Origin: Octopus sinensis
Taxonomy: Eukaryota
Direction of reading: 5' to 3'
Assembly (NCBI RefSeq): GCF_006345805.1
Contig: NC_043000.1
Location: 127,720,001 to 127,784,000 of the forward strand
Length of the DNA: 64,000 nt
Part shown: positions 1-13,262 of the stretch, in pieces
Layout: the number at the start of each line of letters is the position of its first letter
Numbering within the stretch: the first letter of the stretch is position 1
Translations under genes and position numbers: made by a program
The notes under the pieces: model-generated
What the model saw: only the letters and a program-made list of their open reading frames with translations
Database searches by the model: none
What the model was told of the DNA's origin: nothing

Positions 1-100
1 GGCTCAAAATTGTACAAAAGACAAAGATACAAAATCATGGTCAGGTGAGAGAAAAACATGCAAGGTGTATTAGTTTGACACTCAGGAGAAATGTAAGACA

Positions 101-137
101 TCTTTGATGTTTCCAACATATGCTCTTCTACAGAAAG
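101..137 (-). ncRNA. Degenerate hammerhead-like motif (family also at 18413, 26405, 49442)
   Basis: Minus strand CTTT-CTGTAGA-A-GAGC-ATAT-GTTG-GAAAC-ATC-AAAGA; flanks are homologous to the repeat at 26380-26525. Confidence 0.35.
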
Positions 138-346
138 GGATGAGTAGAGAAAACAGATGGAGAGAGTGAACAAAAAAAACAAAAAACGGAGAGACAAAAA
201 AACATGTCTGGATTAACGGTTGCACCTACCTACTTACTTATTTACCTACCAACTTACCTACCTACATGCATACATACATACATACATACATACATACATA
301 CATACATACATACATACATACATACATAATATATACATAAATATAT

Positions 347-512
347 AGGCGAAGGGGTAGCTGTGTGGTAAACAGCTTGCTTACCAACCACATGGTTCCG
401 GGTTCAATCCCACTGCGTGGCACCTTGGGCAACTGTCTTCTACAATAGCCTCGGGCCGACCAAAACCTTGTGAGTGGATTTGATAGACGGAAACTGAAAA
501 AAACCCGTCGTA
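347..512 (+). mobile_element. tRNA-derived SINE, family B head
   Basis: A-box-like GTAGCTGTGTGG, B-box GGTTCAATCC, then ccttgggcaa...gagtggatttgatagacggaaactgaaa shared by many copies in the window. Confidence 0.8.
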
Positions 513-606
513 TCTATGTATATATATATATATATATATATGTATATTTTTTTTTTTTGTACTTGTTTCAGTCATTTGACTGCGGCCATGCTGGAGCACC
601 GCCTTT

Positions 607-774
607 AGAGTGGTGAAAGAGTACAGCAGGGATCACCACCTCCTGCCGGAGCCTCGTGGAGCTTTTAGGTGTTTTTTTCGCTCAATAAACACACACAACG
701 CCCGGTCTGGGAATCGAAACCGCGATCCTCCGACCGCAAGTCCGCTGCCCTAACCACTAGGCCATTGCGCCTCC
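607..774 (-). mobile_element. tRNA-derived SINE, family C (5' part)
   Basis: Minus strand ggaggcgcaatggcctagtggttagggcagcggac...GGTTTCGATTCC; homologous to 17175-17584 and 57599-57910. Confidence 0.8.
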
Positions 775-825
<51 letters not shown>

Positions 826-845
826 CGTGTGTGTGTGTGTGTGTG

Positions 846-876
<31 letters not shown>

Positions 877-884
877 TGTGTGTG

Positions 885-1030
885 TGTCTGTGTTTGTTCC
901 CCCAACATCGCTTGACAACCGATGCTGGTGAGTTTGGAATAAGTCCTGGGGTCGATTTGCTCGACTAAAGGCGGTACTCCAGCATGGCCGCAGCCAAATG
1001 ACTGAAATAAGTAAAAAAAAAAGTAAAAGT
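885..1030 (+). mobile_element. SINE family B tail
   Basis: cttgacaaccgatgctggtg...ggggtcgatttgctcgactaaaggcggtactccagcatggccgcag...gactgaaa, repeated throughout the window. Confidence 0.75.
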
Positions 1031-2086
1031 AATACATAACCTACATAAATACATACATAACCTACATAAATGCACACACACACACGGAGAGGGAGAGAGT
1101 CTCTATCTTAAGAGTCTGGTTAAGTCTTTAGGTACCTTATGGGATACATCACAACTTTGCATCTGGTTTGGTATCACACTATCCTGAATACAAATGATGA
1201 TATGCTCAAGATCGCTAATCCTTCGGGGATCGATCAAAATACGTAACTATTTGTCATTAATTTGCTTCCTTACCATCGCCTGTCCAATTAAGATTCCAGT
1301 TATAATTAAAGATAGATGTCTATTCTAAAATTATCTCTGCCAACGGGTGTGTCATCAAATAGGCAGTTCACGTGCACCGCTACCAGAGTGTATTTAGCAA
1401 AAGAAAGTATTCGCTAGAAAGTCTTGTTTACAAACGACCGAGAAATAGACAGCTGTTAAAAATAACCGAGAAATATTCATGCGTACCGTGTGCCATAAAA
1501 ATACGCCGTCTTTTGTTTTCGTTCCAGCGTTGTTTGGTTTGTTTTACCGATGGTCGATTCCTCTCAGATTAGTTCTTGTCAGACTTCTGAATATTCAGGT
1601 GCCAACAAATTAATATAATAAATAGTTTCAATTAAAGTTACGCTTTCTCTCAAAAAGAAATGTAGAAAATGGCATTCCTATATAAGTGTGCCCTCCACTG
1701 ACTTTGTTTCATCATGTCTTTCAGATTAATCGATGTCTTTTCATGAAATCTTTTTATTAATACCTTCCAGACGGTGTAGATTCCAATTATATCGGAATTT
1801 AATCGAAAAAAAGGAAATGAAATGACAAAAAATGGTGAGTGTGCATAGACACACATTACAATTTTCATTTCTTTCATTTTTGCACACACACACACACGTA
1901 CACACATACACACAAACACACATACACAAACATACACACACACACACAAACACACAGAAACACACACACAAACACACACACAAACACACACATACAAACA
2001 CACACAAACACACACAAGCACACACACATACACACACACATACAAACACACACACACATACACACACACACATACAAACACACACA

Positions 2087-2145
<59 letters not shown>

Positions 2146-2893
2146 GACGTGTGTCAGTATACTTGCGTGTGCTCCCAACAGTTTTCTCCACATTAAATTC
2201 CGACTATATCGGAATGTACGCTATCTGAAAGGTATTTATAGAAAATCTCATTTAAAAATATCTATTTTTCAGAATGTTATGAGGAAACAAAGACAATGTG
2301 GATGGGTGGCGGGAGGTACACTTGTGTAAATATGTCAAGAAAAAATAATGCTCTAACAAAGTAATTTCATATTCCTTTTGAAAAATGACGTACATTTATA
2401 TTAGTGAAACGTGTCTTAAGTATTATCTTCAACGTGGTTATCGCTATTAGAACGAATGTATTATCATTAAAATTACTACCATCGGTAGTTTCCTTTTAAA
2501 CATTTTACACCCATCTCAGATGTTGGTACACTTTTTTCTTCTCTTTTTCTATATTTAAACAATGTGTGCGCTTATTATTTTATACAGAATGAACGTAACA
2601 GGCGATGATGAAAATAATCGTGATGGCGCTGGGGGAAGTTAGAGCAATATAAAAAGAAAAAAATGTACAAAAATGTACAAAAATGGGGTGGGAATTATGA
2701 AAAGAGAATGCCGTATTTTGTTAGTAACTGAATCTAAGGACGTGTAGCGATGATTCAATAACGGAAGAAAAACCTAAATTGTTTATTTTGGCATCAATAT
2801 GTTAAAGGTTTCGTTCGTTGCCTGAACTTATGACACTCCGTTTCCATGGGAGTTGGTTTAATTTATGTACTCTAGTAGCACACGCGCTAATGT

Positions 2894-3050
2894 ATTTATT
2901 TCTTTATTGCCCACAGGGGGACTAAACATAAGAGGGGACAAACAAGGACAGACAAAGGGATTAAATCGATTACATCGACTCCAGTGTGTAACTGGTACTT
3001 ATTTAATCGACCTCGAAAGGATAAAAGGCAAAGTCGACATTGGCGGAATT
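2894..3050 (-). mobile_element. SINE family A (3' part, tail 1)
   Basis: Reverse complement of the 8235-8652 consensus, ending ...gtgggcaataaagaaata. Confidence 0.75.
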
Positions 3051-3069
3051 CTCGCCGCCCTACATCTCT

Positions 3070-3475
3070 CTTACTCTCTTACTTGTTTCAGTCATTTGGC
3101 TGTGGCCATGCTGGAGCACCGCCTTTAGTCGAGAAAATCGACCCCAGGACTTATTCTTTGGAAGCCTAGTACTTATTCTATCGGTATCTTTTGCCGAACC
3201 GCTAGATTACGGGGACGTAAACACACCAGCATCGGTTGTCAAGCGATGTTGGGGGGACAAACACAGACACACAAAAATATTCACACACACATACATACAT
3301 ATATATATATATACATATATACGACGGGCTTCTTTCAGTTTCCGTCTACCAAATCCACTCACAAGGTTTTGATCAGCCCGAGGCTACAGTAGAAAACACT
3401 TGCCCAAGGTGGGACTGACCCGGAACCATGTAGCTGGTAAGCAAGCTACTTACCACACAGCCACTCCTACGCTTA
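3070..3475 (-). mobile_element. SINE family B, near full length with internal microsatellite
   Basis: Head, internal (CA)/(TA) tract and tail are all present in order on the minus strand. Confidence 0.8.
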
Positions 3476-3724
3476 ATATACTCCTACTCACTAATATATT
3501 ATAGACCAAAGACGGCCAAGTTGTTTAATAAAAAGAGCCACAGATATTTTTCACGTTTACGTAGCACAGATGTTTTTTAAAAAAAGGTATAAATATGAAA
3601 ATATACAGTGAAATAATTTTACTCATTAAAGTAGATTAATTAATCTCTGCTCGTTGAAGATTTTTATTGGGTCTTCATTTTTGCACTTAATACTTTAAGA
3701 TCCAACTGGTAGGGTTTCTTATCT

Positions 3725-4135
3725 TTTATCTTTTACTTGTTTCAGCCATTAGACTGTGGCTATGTTGGGGCACCACCTTGAGAAATTGCAGTCAAATGAT
3801 TCAACTCCAATGCTTCTTTTTTAAGCTTGGTACTCATGTACTTATATCGGTCTCTATTGCCGAACCGTTACGTTGTGGGGACGTAAACACACTAACACCG
3901 GCCGTCAAGCGATGGTTGGTGACAAACACGGACACACACACACACGCACATACACACACACACATACACACACACACACGACGGTCTTCTTTCAGTTTCC
4001 TCCAACCAAATCCACTCACAAGGCTCTGGTCGGTCTGAGGTTATAGTAGAAGACACTTGCCCAAGGTACCACGAAGTGGGACTGAACCTAGGGCCATGTG
4101 GTAAACAACTTCTTACCACATAGCCACTCCTACAC
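3725..4135 (-). mobile_element. SINE family B copy
   Basis: Collinear with 3070-3475. Confidence 0.75.
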
Positions 4136-4313
4136 CTATGTAAAAGTTGTTCTATGAAAAGATGAAACTAAAACCCAAAGTTAAATTTGGAGCCGCACAA
4201 TATATCTTTGAGCGTGCACGAGTCTCCCAAGCCGCAGTTTGGCCACCGTTGTTATCGATTAAACTATAAAAAATAATGGTTCTTTATTAATAAACCGTAA
4301 AATATTCAACTAT

Positions 4314-4680
4314 TAGGCGCAGGCATGGCCGTGTGGTTAAGAAGTTCGCTTTGCAACCACGTAGTATCGGGTTCAGTCCTACAGTGCGGCATTTTGGGTA
4401 AGTACCTTCTATCATAGCCCCGTGTCAACCAATGCCTCGTGGAAGAATTTGGTCGCTAGAACTGCGTGGAAACCCAACATATGTGTGTACGTTTCTGTGC
4501 TTTCCTCATCAATGCTTGACAATCGATGTTGGTTTGTTTACGTCGCCGTTTTGACAAAAGGGACGGATAGAATAGAGATCAAACTTAAAACAAAAGCACT
4601 AGGATCGATTTGCTCGACTCGAGACCCTTCAAGTCGGTGCTCCAGAATGACCGCAGTTCAATGACTGAAGCAAGTAAACG
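4314..4680 (+). mobile_element. SINE family B copy (diverged)
   Basis: aggcgcaggcatggccgtgtggttaag...GGGTTCAGTCC head and ...gactgaagcaagtaaa tail. Confidence 0.7.
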
Positions 4681-5140
4681 CTAGGTGATACTATACATTC
4701 GGCAATGTACAATGTTACAGTGTAGATTCTAGCTTCACTGTTAATTAGATCTGTTTTGTAGAGCATGAAAGCGAGCGTGCTTCCACAACCTTGTATCATT
4801 TAGGAAACAAGTAAGGGATTACCATCATCATGGTTGCATTGATGGTGGTAGTGGTGGTAGTGTTGGTTGGTCGTCGCCTTCGTCATCATCATCATACATT
4901 CATGACTACCACTATGGCTGCTATTATCTATGTCCTATTACATCTGGATTTTCACTGCGTACACTGTGTGTAACAGGCAAATGTAAACATCTTGTTATGT
5001 AAAATATCGTAGCGGACACATATAACTATCGTTTCTCCTACACTGTATTAGAATTTGTATATATACAGCAATTATATAAATGTATGTGTGTAGTTGTGCG
5101 TGAGTGTTAGTGTGTGTGTGCATGTGCGCGCGCGCGAGCG

Positions 5141-5233
<93 letters not shown>

Positions 5234-5245
5234 GTCTGTCTGCAT

Positions 5246-5324
<79 letters not shown>

Positions 5325-5336
5325 GTCTGTCTGCCT

Positions 5337-5385
<49 letters not shown>

Positions 5386-5408
5386 ATCTATCTATCTATC
5401 TATCTATC
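5141..5408 (+). repeat. (TCTA)n microsatellite, left flank of LINE
   Basis: Direct reading. Confidence 0.95.
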
Positions 5409-7736
5409 GTTTTGAGCCGAGGAGCCGTAACACTGCTGAAGAAAGATCTAAACAAGGGAAACGTAATAGATAACTTTAGGCCCATCACTCTGCTTAATGC
5501 AGACTTGAAAATTTTGGTCAAGGTGCTTGTCATCGAGAAACTGGTCGACAAGGCGCAAACATGCGCCGTGCCAGGCCGGACCATCCATGACAACCTCCAC
5601 CTGATGCGCTACATCATAGACAGGGTAGTTAACGAACCTGGCATGGGTGGGGCGCTGATCAATTTGGATCAATCGAAAGCCTTCGATAGGGTGGACCATC
5701 GATACTTGGAGGCGGTCCTCGGAGCGGCTGGCTTCGGTCCCGTCTTCCGCGACTGGATAGCCGCTTTGTACAGAGGCATCCGTTCGGTAATTCGCGTGAA
5801 TGGACATCTATCGAGACCCTTCGACATCGCACGTTCGGTCCGTCAGGGATGCCCCCTCTCGTCGCTTCTATACGTATTGACTCTCGAGCCATTATTGCGG
5901 AAGCTGGCAACTTGAGAGGCATCCCGCGAGAACTGGGATGCGGGACGAGCGTGTCTGCATACGCGGACGACGTCACCGTCATAGTGTCTAGCCACGAGCA
6001 CATCGAGTAGGTCGGCGAGACACTGAAAAACTACGAAGCGGTGACAGGAGCGAAAATCAACCGGGAAAAGTCAGTGGGCTTGCGACTAGGCACCTGGAGA
6101 AGCAAGCCCATGCCGTCCACCAGCGCCTCCGTCGTGGGACGCTGGACCGACGGCCCGGTTGAGTTGCTCGGGGTCTGGTTTGGTCCGGACCTCCAAGTGG
6201 AGAAGAACTGGAACGAGATAACGAGTAGGGTGGTCACTCTCGCCCGGCAATGGGCCGAGAGGAAACTGTCCCTAAAAGGTCGGGCGGAGGTGGCGAACAC
6301 GTACATCGCGTCCGTCATCTACTACCGCCTGACCGTCGTACCTTGTCCCGACCCTACCATCACCAAACTACAACGCATTCTCTTTCGCTTCTTGTGGAAA
6401 GGATGCGTCCCGATGGTCAGGCGATCCATTTGCTGTCAACACCCGTTAAAAGGAGGGCTGGGCATGCCGTGGTTGATGATGCGCAGACACGCGCTAAGAC
6501 TGCGACATCTCTGGCTCTATGTAGACGACGGTGAACAGGTGTGGTCGCCGTTTGTGAGGCACGCTTTCCCGCAGCTCGTCTCCATGACCGAACTGCAGTC
6601 GTGGATCAAAAAGAGGCCGAGGAAGGGCGAATGGCCGCGAGTGTCGCGTTGCTCTCAAGCAACTCTGCTGTCCTGGGTCGACCTTGAGTGACTTCAACAC
6701 AACCAAAGCATTCTATAGGGGTTAGTGGAGGGGAGGTACGACGACGAGCTCGGGGCGAACCTGGACGTCGACGAGGAGTACCTGACCCGCCTGTTCAGGA
6801 CGACTTTCGGGCCAGGGCCCATGGACAACTTCCAGAGATCCCTGGCCTGGCAGTGCTACCGAGAAGCGCTACCCGTTCGGGATAAGCTCTACAGACACGG
6901 CTCGAGAAACACGGGGCCGACCTGCCCGAGATGCGGCCAGAGCGACGAAACCGTTCTGCACGCACTCGTGCAGTGTCCAACAATTTCCGACCTGTGGGCT
7001 TATGTCGAACAACTGCTGTCACGTGTGGGACGAGTCGGTTTATCAGCTGAGTCTATCGTCAATATTGTCACGCCTCCTTCCTTCAAAGGGAAGGAAGAGC
7101 TATTTTCATCATCCTTGTGGCTATGACGAAAGAATGTATCTGGTGGACGCGTCTGAAAGGATGGAGACAAACACTTTCCTCTCTGGTCAATCTCTCTCTC
7201 AACTTCTTCAAGTACCACTTGAAAAGGAAAGTGAGAGTAGAGAGGCAAGTTTTGTCTAGCGAATGTTTTAAAAAAAGATGGGTGAATGTAGCAAGGATGG
7301 CACGTATGAATGACGAAGCCACCTTGAGCATAATCCTATGAACCCAGAAATTGAAAACAGAGGGTTACCCACTTGCAAACAAATGTGGTAACATATAACA
7401 ATATTGACCAAGGTTACCGTGGTCTTTTTCGTAGGTTTTTCTTCCCACGGATAAACCTTACTTGCTTTCCCCTTTACACCATACATCATAACACTGTGAT
7501 ACACGATCCCTATTGATCGTTTTTTTCCTCTTCCCCTTTTCCCCCCTTTTTTTCATTTCTCTTTTCTTTTGTTCCTTTTCCTTTTTTTTCCCCTTTTACG
7601 ATCCCTTTTGATCGAAAACCTACGCCACCTTTTTTTTTGTTTCTTTTGTTTTTTGTTTTTTTCATCCCCCAAAAGAAAAGCTCTACCTTGTAACTTGTCC
7701 CATCTGTGTGCAGCCCTGTGTGGCCAATAAAGAAAC
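5409..7736 (+). mobile_element. 5'-truncated Tx1/L1-clade non-LTR retrotransposon (RT, C-terminal Cys/His motif, 3' UTR), inactivated
   Basis: RT motifs FRPITLLNADLKIL, LDQSKAFDRVDH, VRQGCPLS, YADDVTV, GAKINREKS, KGGLGMP and C-terminal CPRCGQSDETVLHALVQC; stops at about 5913 and 6008 plus frameshifts; pyrimidine-rich 3' UTR ending AATAAAGAAA. Confidence 0.92.
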
Positions 7737-7818
<82 letters not shown>

Positions 7819-7848
7819 GTCTCTGTGTGTGTGTGTGTGTGTGTGTGC

Positions 7849-7936
<88 letters not shown>
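7737..7936 (+). repeat. (TCTA)n then (GT)n, right flank of LINE
   Basis: Direct reading. Confidence 0.95.
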
Positions 7937-7938
<2 letters not shown>

Positions 7939-8234
7939 CTATACGTTTATGTATTTGTTTTGTAAGTTTCTTGATGTGAAATCGTGTATTGAAACAGATG
8001 TTATATTTGGGATTGGTCATATTTTGCCAATTGAACACTCTTTATCCCATGCATTTCGCTTGTTCTATTTAGTCCATTACAAAAGGAGATACGTGGGATA
8101 AAGAGTCGTTGAAGAGGTCACAGGATGTGTGGCGAAAGAGATTAGACAAAGAACACTAAAATAATAACAATAACAAAGCTGAAGTGAAGACCAAGTGTAT
8201 AGTGCATGCGTTTAACTGACAGAAATATGATCAT

Positions 8235-8652
8235 AAGGCAGCGAGCTGGCAGAAACGTTAGCACGCCGGGCAAAATGCTTAGCAGTATTTCGTCTGCCGT
8301 TACGTTCTGAGTTCAAATTCCGCCGAGGTCGATTTTGCCTTTCATCCCTTCGGGGTCGATAAATTAAGTACTATTTACGCACTGGGGTCGATGTAATCGA
8401 CTTAATCCGTTTGTCTGTCTTTGTTTGTCCTCTCTGTGTTTAGCCCCTTGTGGGTGGTAAAGAAATAGGTATTTCGTCTGCCGCTACGTTCTGAGTTCAA
8501 ATTCCACCGAGGTCGACTTTGCCTTTCATCCTTTCGGGGTCGATAAATTAAGTACCAGTTACGCACTAGTGTCGATGTAATCGACTTAATCCCTTTGTCT
8601 GTCTTTGTTTGTCCCCTCGATGTTTAGCCCCCTTGTGGGCAATAAAGAAATA
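8235..8652 (+). mobile_element. SINE family A, partial dimer with 14-bp TSD
   Basis: B-box GAGTTCAAATTC occurs twice; TSD agaaatatgatcat at 8221-8234 and 8653-8666. Confidence 0.88.
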
Positions 8653-8746
8653 AGAAATATGATCATCCCGAGGACATAAGCAGAGATAGAATTTTTTTTT
8701 AAATAACATGCTGATTTAGCAGTTAATATATAATACATATGTTAAC

Positions 8747-8931
8747 AATATAAGAATAAGGATTACTCTGAAGTAGCAATAGCATTACCTTCAATTCGAT
8801 AATTATATACCGCCTTTTAAGACCAACAATTCTTTTGCAATTGAAACATGTGTACGTCCTAAAGGTGGTATATAATAATCGAATTAAAGTTAATGCTATT
8901 GCCACTTCGGAGTAATCCTTATTTTTATATT
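8747..8931. repeat. Imperfect fold-back (about 75-bp arms)
   Basis: aatataagaataaggattactctgaagtagcaatagcattac... pairs with ...aatgctattgccacttcggagtaatccttatttttatatt. Confidence 0.8.
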
Positions 8932-9366
8932 ATCAATACTTACACTTCAGGAAAGCTATATCGTTAATGAAATATATTCAGAATAATCCAACGGAATATT
9001 CCTCTAATTTTTTATCTTATGAGAACTTTACTGGATTTATATCTTAACTGTTGAATAACATTTTTGAATACCTAACTGGAAGCAAACTCGTTTTGGGGTA
9101 ATCCCTTATTTTTTTACTTATATATATATATATATATATATATACACCCACACACATATGTGTATGTATTTATATATATCATATTATATGTGTGTGTATG
9201 TATGTATGTATGTATGTATGTATGTATCTATCTATCTATCTATATATATATATATGTATGTATATATAGTTACATTTCGGCGTGGTCATTTTTAATTTTT
9301 TGCCAAATAAACACACGCACTATATATTCGTTCTTCACTCGTTTATTACTGTACCTCTATTAACTC

Positions 9367-9420
9367 ATGCCGATTATCCGGAAATCTTTCGTCACACATT
9401 TGTGACCTCTTCAGCGACAC
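9367..9420 (-). ncRNA. Hammerhead-like motif in a dispersed repeat (second copy 46041-46094)
   Basis: Minus strand GUGUCG-CUGAAGA-G-GUCACA-AAUG-UGUGAC-GAAA-GA-UUUC-CGG: intact core, 6-bp stem II, weak stem I. Confidence 0.5.
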
Positions 9421-9738
9421 TTTCCGTTCTCATGCGTGCTCCTGCTCTGCTGAATCTATATATAAATATACATATCTATCTATCAATCTAAGTAGCTAGT
9501 TAGCTAGATAGCAAGTTAGATAGATAGACAGACAGGCAAACATATCAGACCTAATTTTCTGCTGAAAGTTTATTCCATACCCCTAAATTTGATATTTTTG
9601 GAGCAGGTGTCTTTAATCAGCAAATCCCTTAATTTGAGCTCCAGTGCCTCAATATGATTTAAGGGTTATGCTGAGGACTTCGGTCCTGTTCATGTTTTAA
9701 CAGGTCAACTACTTTGACATAACTTTTGTGTGTCTGTT

Positions 9739-9869
<131 letters not shown>

Positions 9870-10596
9870 GACAATGAGCTTTGCAAAACAAAATTGCATC
9901 GTAATTGTTTCATTCAAAAATATTAAAAAATAACTGTTAGGTGCTGTTTAACAGAAGCTATTTTAAATAGAATTGCCAATGGTTCTCTGAAAAGAAATAT
10001 ATGCAGAAGCACGACGGCAAGGAGGGAAAAGCTGCATTAATGTTTTAGCAAGGGAACTGCAATTTTCACTGCTATAAATCACGTTTGTGTCAGTAATAAT
10101 TGACGAAGTCATGATGCTGTTTAAGTAACAATCTTGAAACGCAGGGGTTATCAGGCAAAGAAAAAGATGAGCAAACATGGTTTTTGCGAATACCATCTGT
10201 TTGAGGAACAGTGAAAATATGCAATACTTTTCTGAAGTTTAATACGTACATGGAATTTGTATAACTTGTAAATTGATAATCTTTTCAGTTTTAATATTAG
10301 GTATTTACGAGGCGTGAGCTGGCCTTCTGTCAAAAATTAGAAACCATTGTTGGAATTGCACCTAGAAAGTTATCTAGCATAACCCTTAAATCATATTGAG
10401 GCACTAGAGCTCAAAGGTTGTTTTTGAAAGACCAGCAGTCGCCCATGCATACTAGTCTCCCCTCTCCACGACGCCGATGTTATCCAAGGGAAAGGCAAAA
10501 GCCGATACAGCTTGGTACCAGTGACGTCGCAACTCATTGCTGCTCCAGTTCACTCCTTCATTGAAACGAATATAGAAATAATATTGAGTATATATA

Positions 10597-10803
10597 GGGC
10601 GGGAAAATCCTTAGCATACCGGGCAAAATGCTTAGTAGCATTGCGTCTCTCTTCACGGTCTGAGTTCAAATTCCACCGAAGTCGACTTTGCCTTTCATCC
10701 TTTCGGGATCGATAAAACAAGTACCAGTTGAATACTGAGTTTGATGTAATCGACTTATCCGCTTTCTCGAAATTGCTGGCCTTGTGCCAAAATTTGAAAC
10801 CAA
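10597..10803 (+). mobile_element. SINE family A with alternative tail 2
   Basis: Family A body followed by ttgctggccttgtgccaaaatttgaaacc; same tail at 32749-32964 and 39315-39512. Confidence 0.75.
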
Positions 10804-12037
10804 TATTAGGTATATCTATTAACTGATATCAAATGAACGAATTCGTGTTGAAAGGAATCGAGAGTTTCATCTAGTTATAACATCAAAAGGAATTTGGTAT
10901 CGTCTGTATTTCGAGCACAGGATATCATAAATTAATTTACTGGGTGATTTATCCCAGCAAATTAATTCCGCATCTTTTCATGTATGCATTATGTAAATAA
11001 ATCCAAAGAATTTCGCAACAGTGATCAGGTCTGATGCCAATATGCCAAACATTTATAACACAACTCTGTGAACTAGCGAGGTTTTTCCAATCACTTCTGT
11101 TGCTCCTCTAATTAAATCAATATATATTTCTGTATTGGAATAAATTTCTTTGTAATAAAAATAATGTGTTTGTTCTTCTCTTTTTCATTGCAATTTCGTT
11201 CCGTTTGACATTCTTGTATCTATCATATATATATATATATATATTACCCGGTATTTTTGTTATTTTTTAACAGCAGTTTTTCATAATTCTGTTTTTAGGT
11301 CACCCTCTAAGTTGCTGACATTCTAACATTCTGGCATCAAATGTTAATGTGCGCACATGCATGTGTGTGTGTATAAATTACTTGGCGACTGGCCTTTTTT
11401 TTTTATTTTATTTATACGTATGTGTATATGAGTGATATGTGTGTGAGTGTGTGTAAGAGAGAGAAAGGGTGTGTGTGTGTAAGCTTTAAGCTCGAGTGAA
11501 TTATTGGCAATATATACAAAATATGTATGTATGCATGTATCCGGGTATATGTGTGTGTGCATCTGTGTATCTGCGTATGCTTGTGTGTGCGAATGTGAGT
11601 TGTGTGTGCATGCGTGTGTATATGTGCGCATGCATAGTTGCATGTGTGCGTATTTGTTATTCTTTGTGCATGAGTGCAAGTGTATGTGCATTTGTGTTTA
11701 TGAGTGTGAGCACGTGTGTGCATGCGTATGATAATGTATATGTGTGCGTGAAGCTTGATTAAATTGTTGGCGATACGTACAAAATACGTATGAATGTGTA
11801 TGTGTAATTATGTGCTCATGTGTTGTGCATACGTGTACGTGCATTAATTAATGTGTAGGCGTGAAACTTGATTGAAGTGTTAGCGACACGTACAAAAGAA
11901 TGTATGATGCGCACGCGCATGTGTGTGTGTGTAAATATGTGTGTGTGTGTAAATATGTGTGTTATACGTATGTGATTGAATTGTTTGTGATATATACATA
12001 ATATATATATATATACATAATATTTATATACATAATA

Positions 12038-12073
<36 letters not shown>

Positions 12074-12904
12074 TGTATGTATGCATGCATGCATGCATGC
12101 ATGCATGCATGTATGTATGTATGCATGTATGTATGTATGTATGTATGTATGTATGTATGTATGTATGTATGTATTAGTGCATGTATTTGTGTAGTCTCTA
12201 CGTGTGTGTACATGTGTGTCACAACAAATGTTAGTGTAAAAGAAACGAGTGTTCACCGCATTATATAATCAGTGTGGAAGAGATTAAAATAAACAGAGGT
12301 TATCAACTGAAATGGAGAAAATCAAAGTGACCAGTTATTTTGAAGTAACTTTATTATTTTGGCTGGGGTTATGTAAAGCAATAAAAAGATCAGAAGATAT
12401 CATAACAGCCATCACTTACACCTACCCCTTAATGTATTTAAATATTATCAGTGAATCAAAGATGCTTTTTTTTTTTTAGTTTGTGTATGTATGTAGTTGT
12501 TGACTTGGTTTTATTTGTGCTAAAAGAAAAGATACTACACTTTCCTTTGACGGTCTCTTAAACTGAAATCACATCACAACAGAAATATACGTATATGTGT
12601 AAGAATGCGTGTTACATATGGTCTCGTTATCTTCCGTTTTTAATTCTTTGAGTTATTCTAATAAATTCTATTTCATTGAAATTTACACAATAACAACAGT
12701 AAAGAATAAACAGTAAAAAGGATTCCGAAGCTTATAACATTCTGCACTCGAACTATGCACGAAAAAGCGAAATTCTTTTTGATCTAAATTACCAGATGAA
12801 ACTCCCGACTCCTTTCTACGCGAATGCATTCATTTCAAATCAGATAATATACTTAATATTAAAACATAAAAGATTATTTATTTTCGAATTATATGAATTT
12901 CTAT

Positions 12905-13045
12905 AGCTGTGCGGTTATGAAGTCGCTTTGCAACCACAAGGTTTCGGGTTTAGTCCCTCTGTGCGGCACCTTGAGTGAGTGTCTCCTACAGATGCCCTGT
13001 GAGTGAAATTGGTGGATGGAAACTCTGTGCAAGTTGGTTGTGTAT

Positions 13046-13088
<43 letters not shown>

Positions 13089-13262
13089 CGTGTGTGTATG
13101 TGCGCGCGCGCGCGTTCCACTACCGCTTCACAACCGGTGTTAGTTTGTTTACGTCCCCGTAACTTAGCGCGGGGTGGGGGAACACAAGTAACGTAGCAGA
13201 CTTTAAAATAAATATGTACTGCATCCATATAGCCAAAGTCCAATAACTGAAACAAGTAAAAG
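12905..13262 (+). mobile_element. SINE family B copy (diverged)
   Basis: Head, (GT)n and tail are collinear with other copies. Confidence 0.7.

Noticed and set aside
5094-5915. 273-aa ORF as an intact gene
   Set aside because: A (TCTA)n tract fused to a truncated LINE RT that ends at a premature stop.
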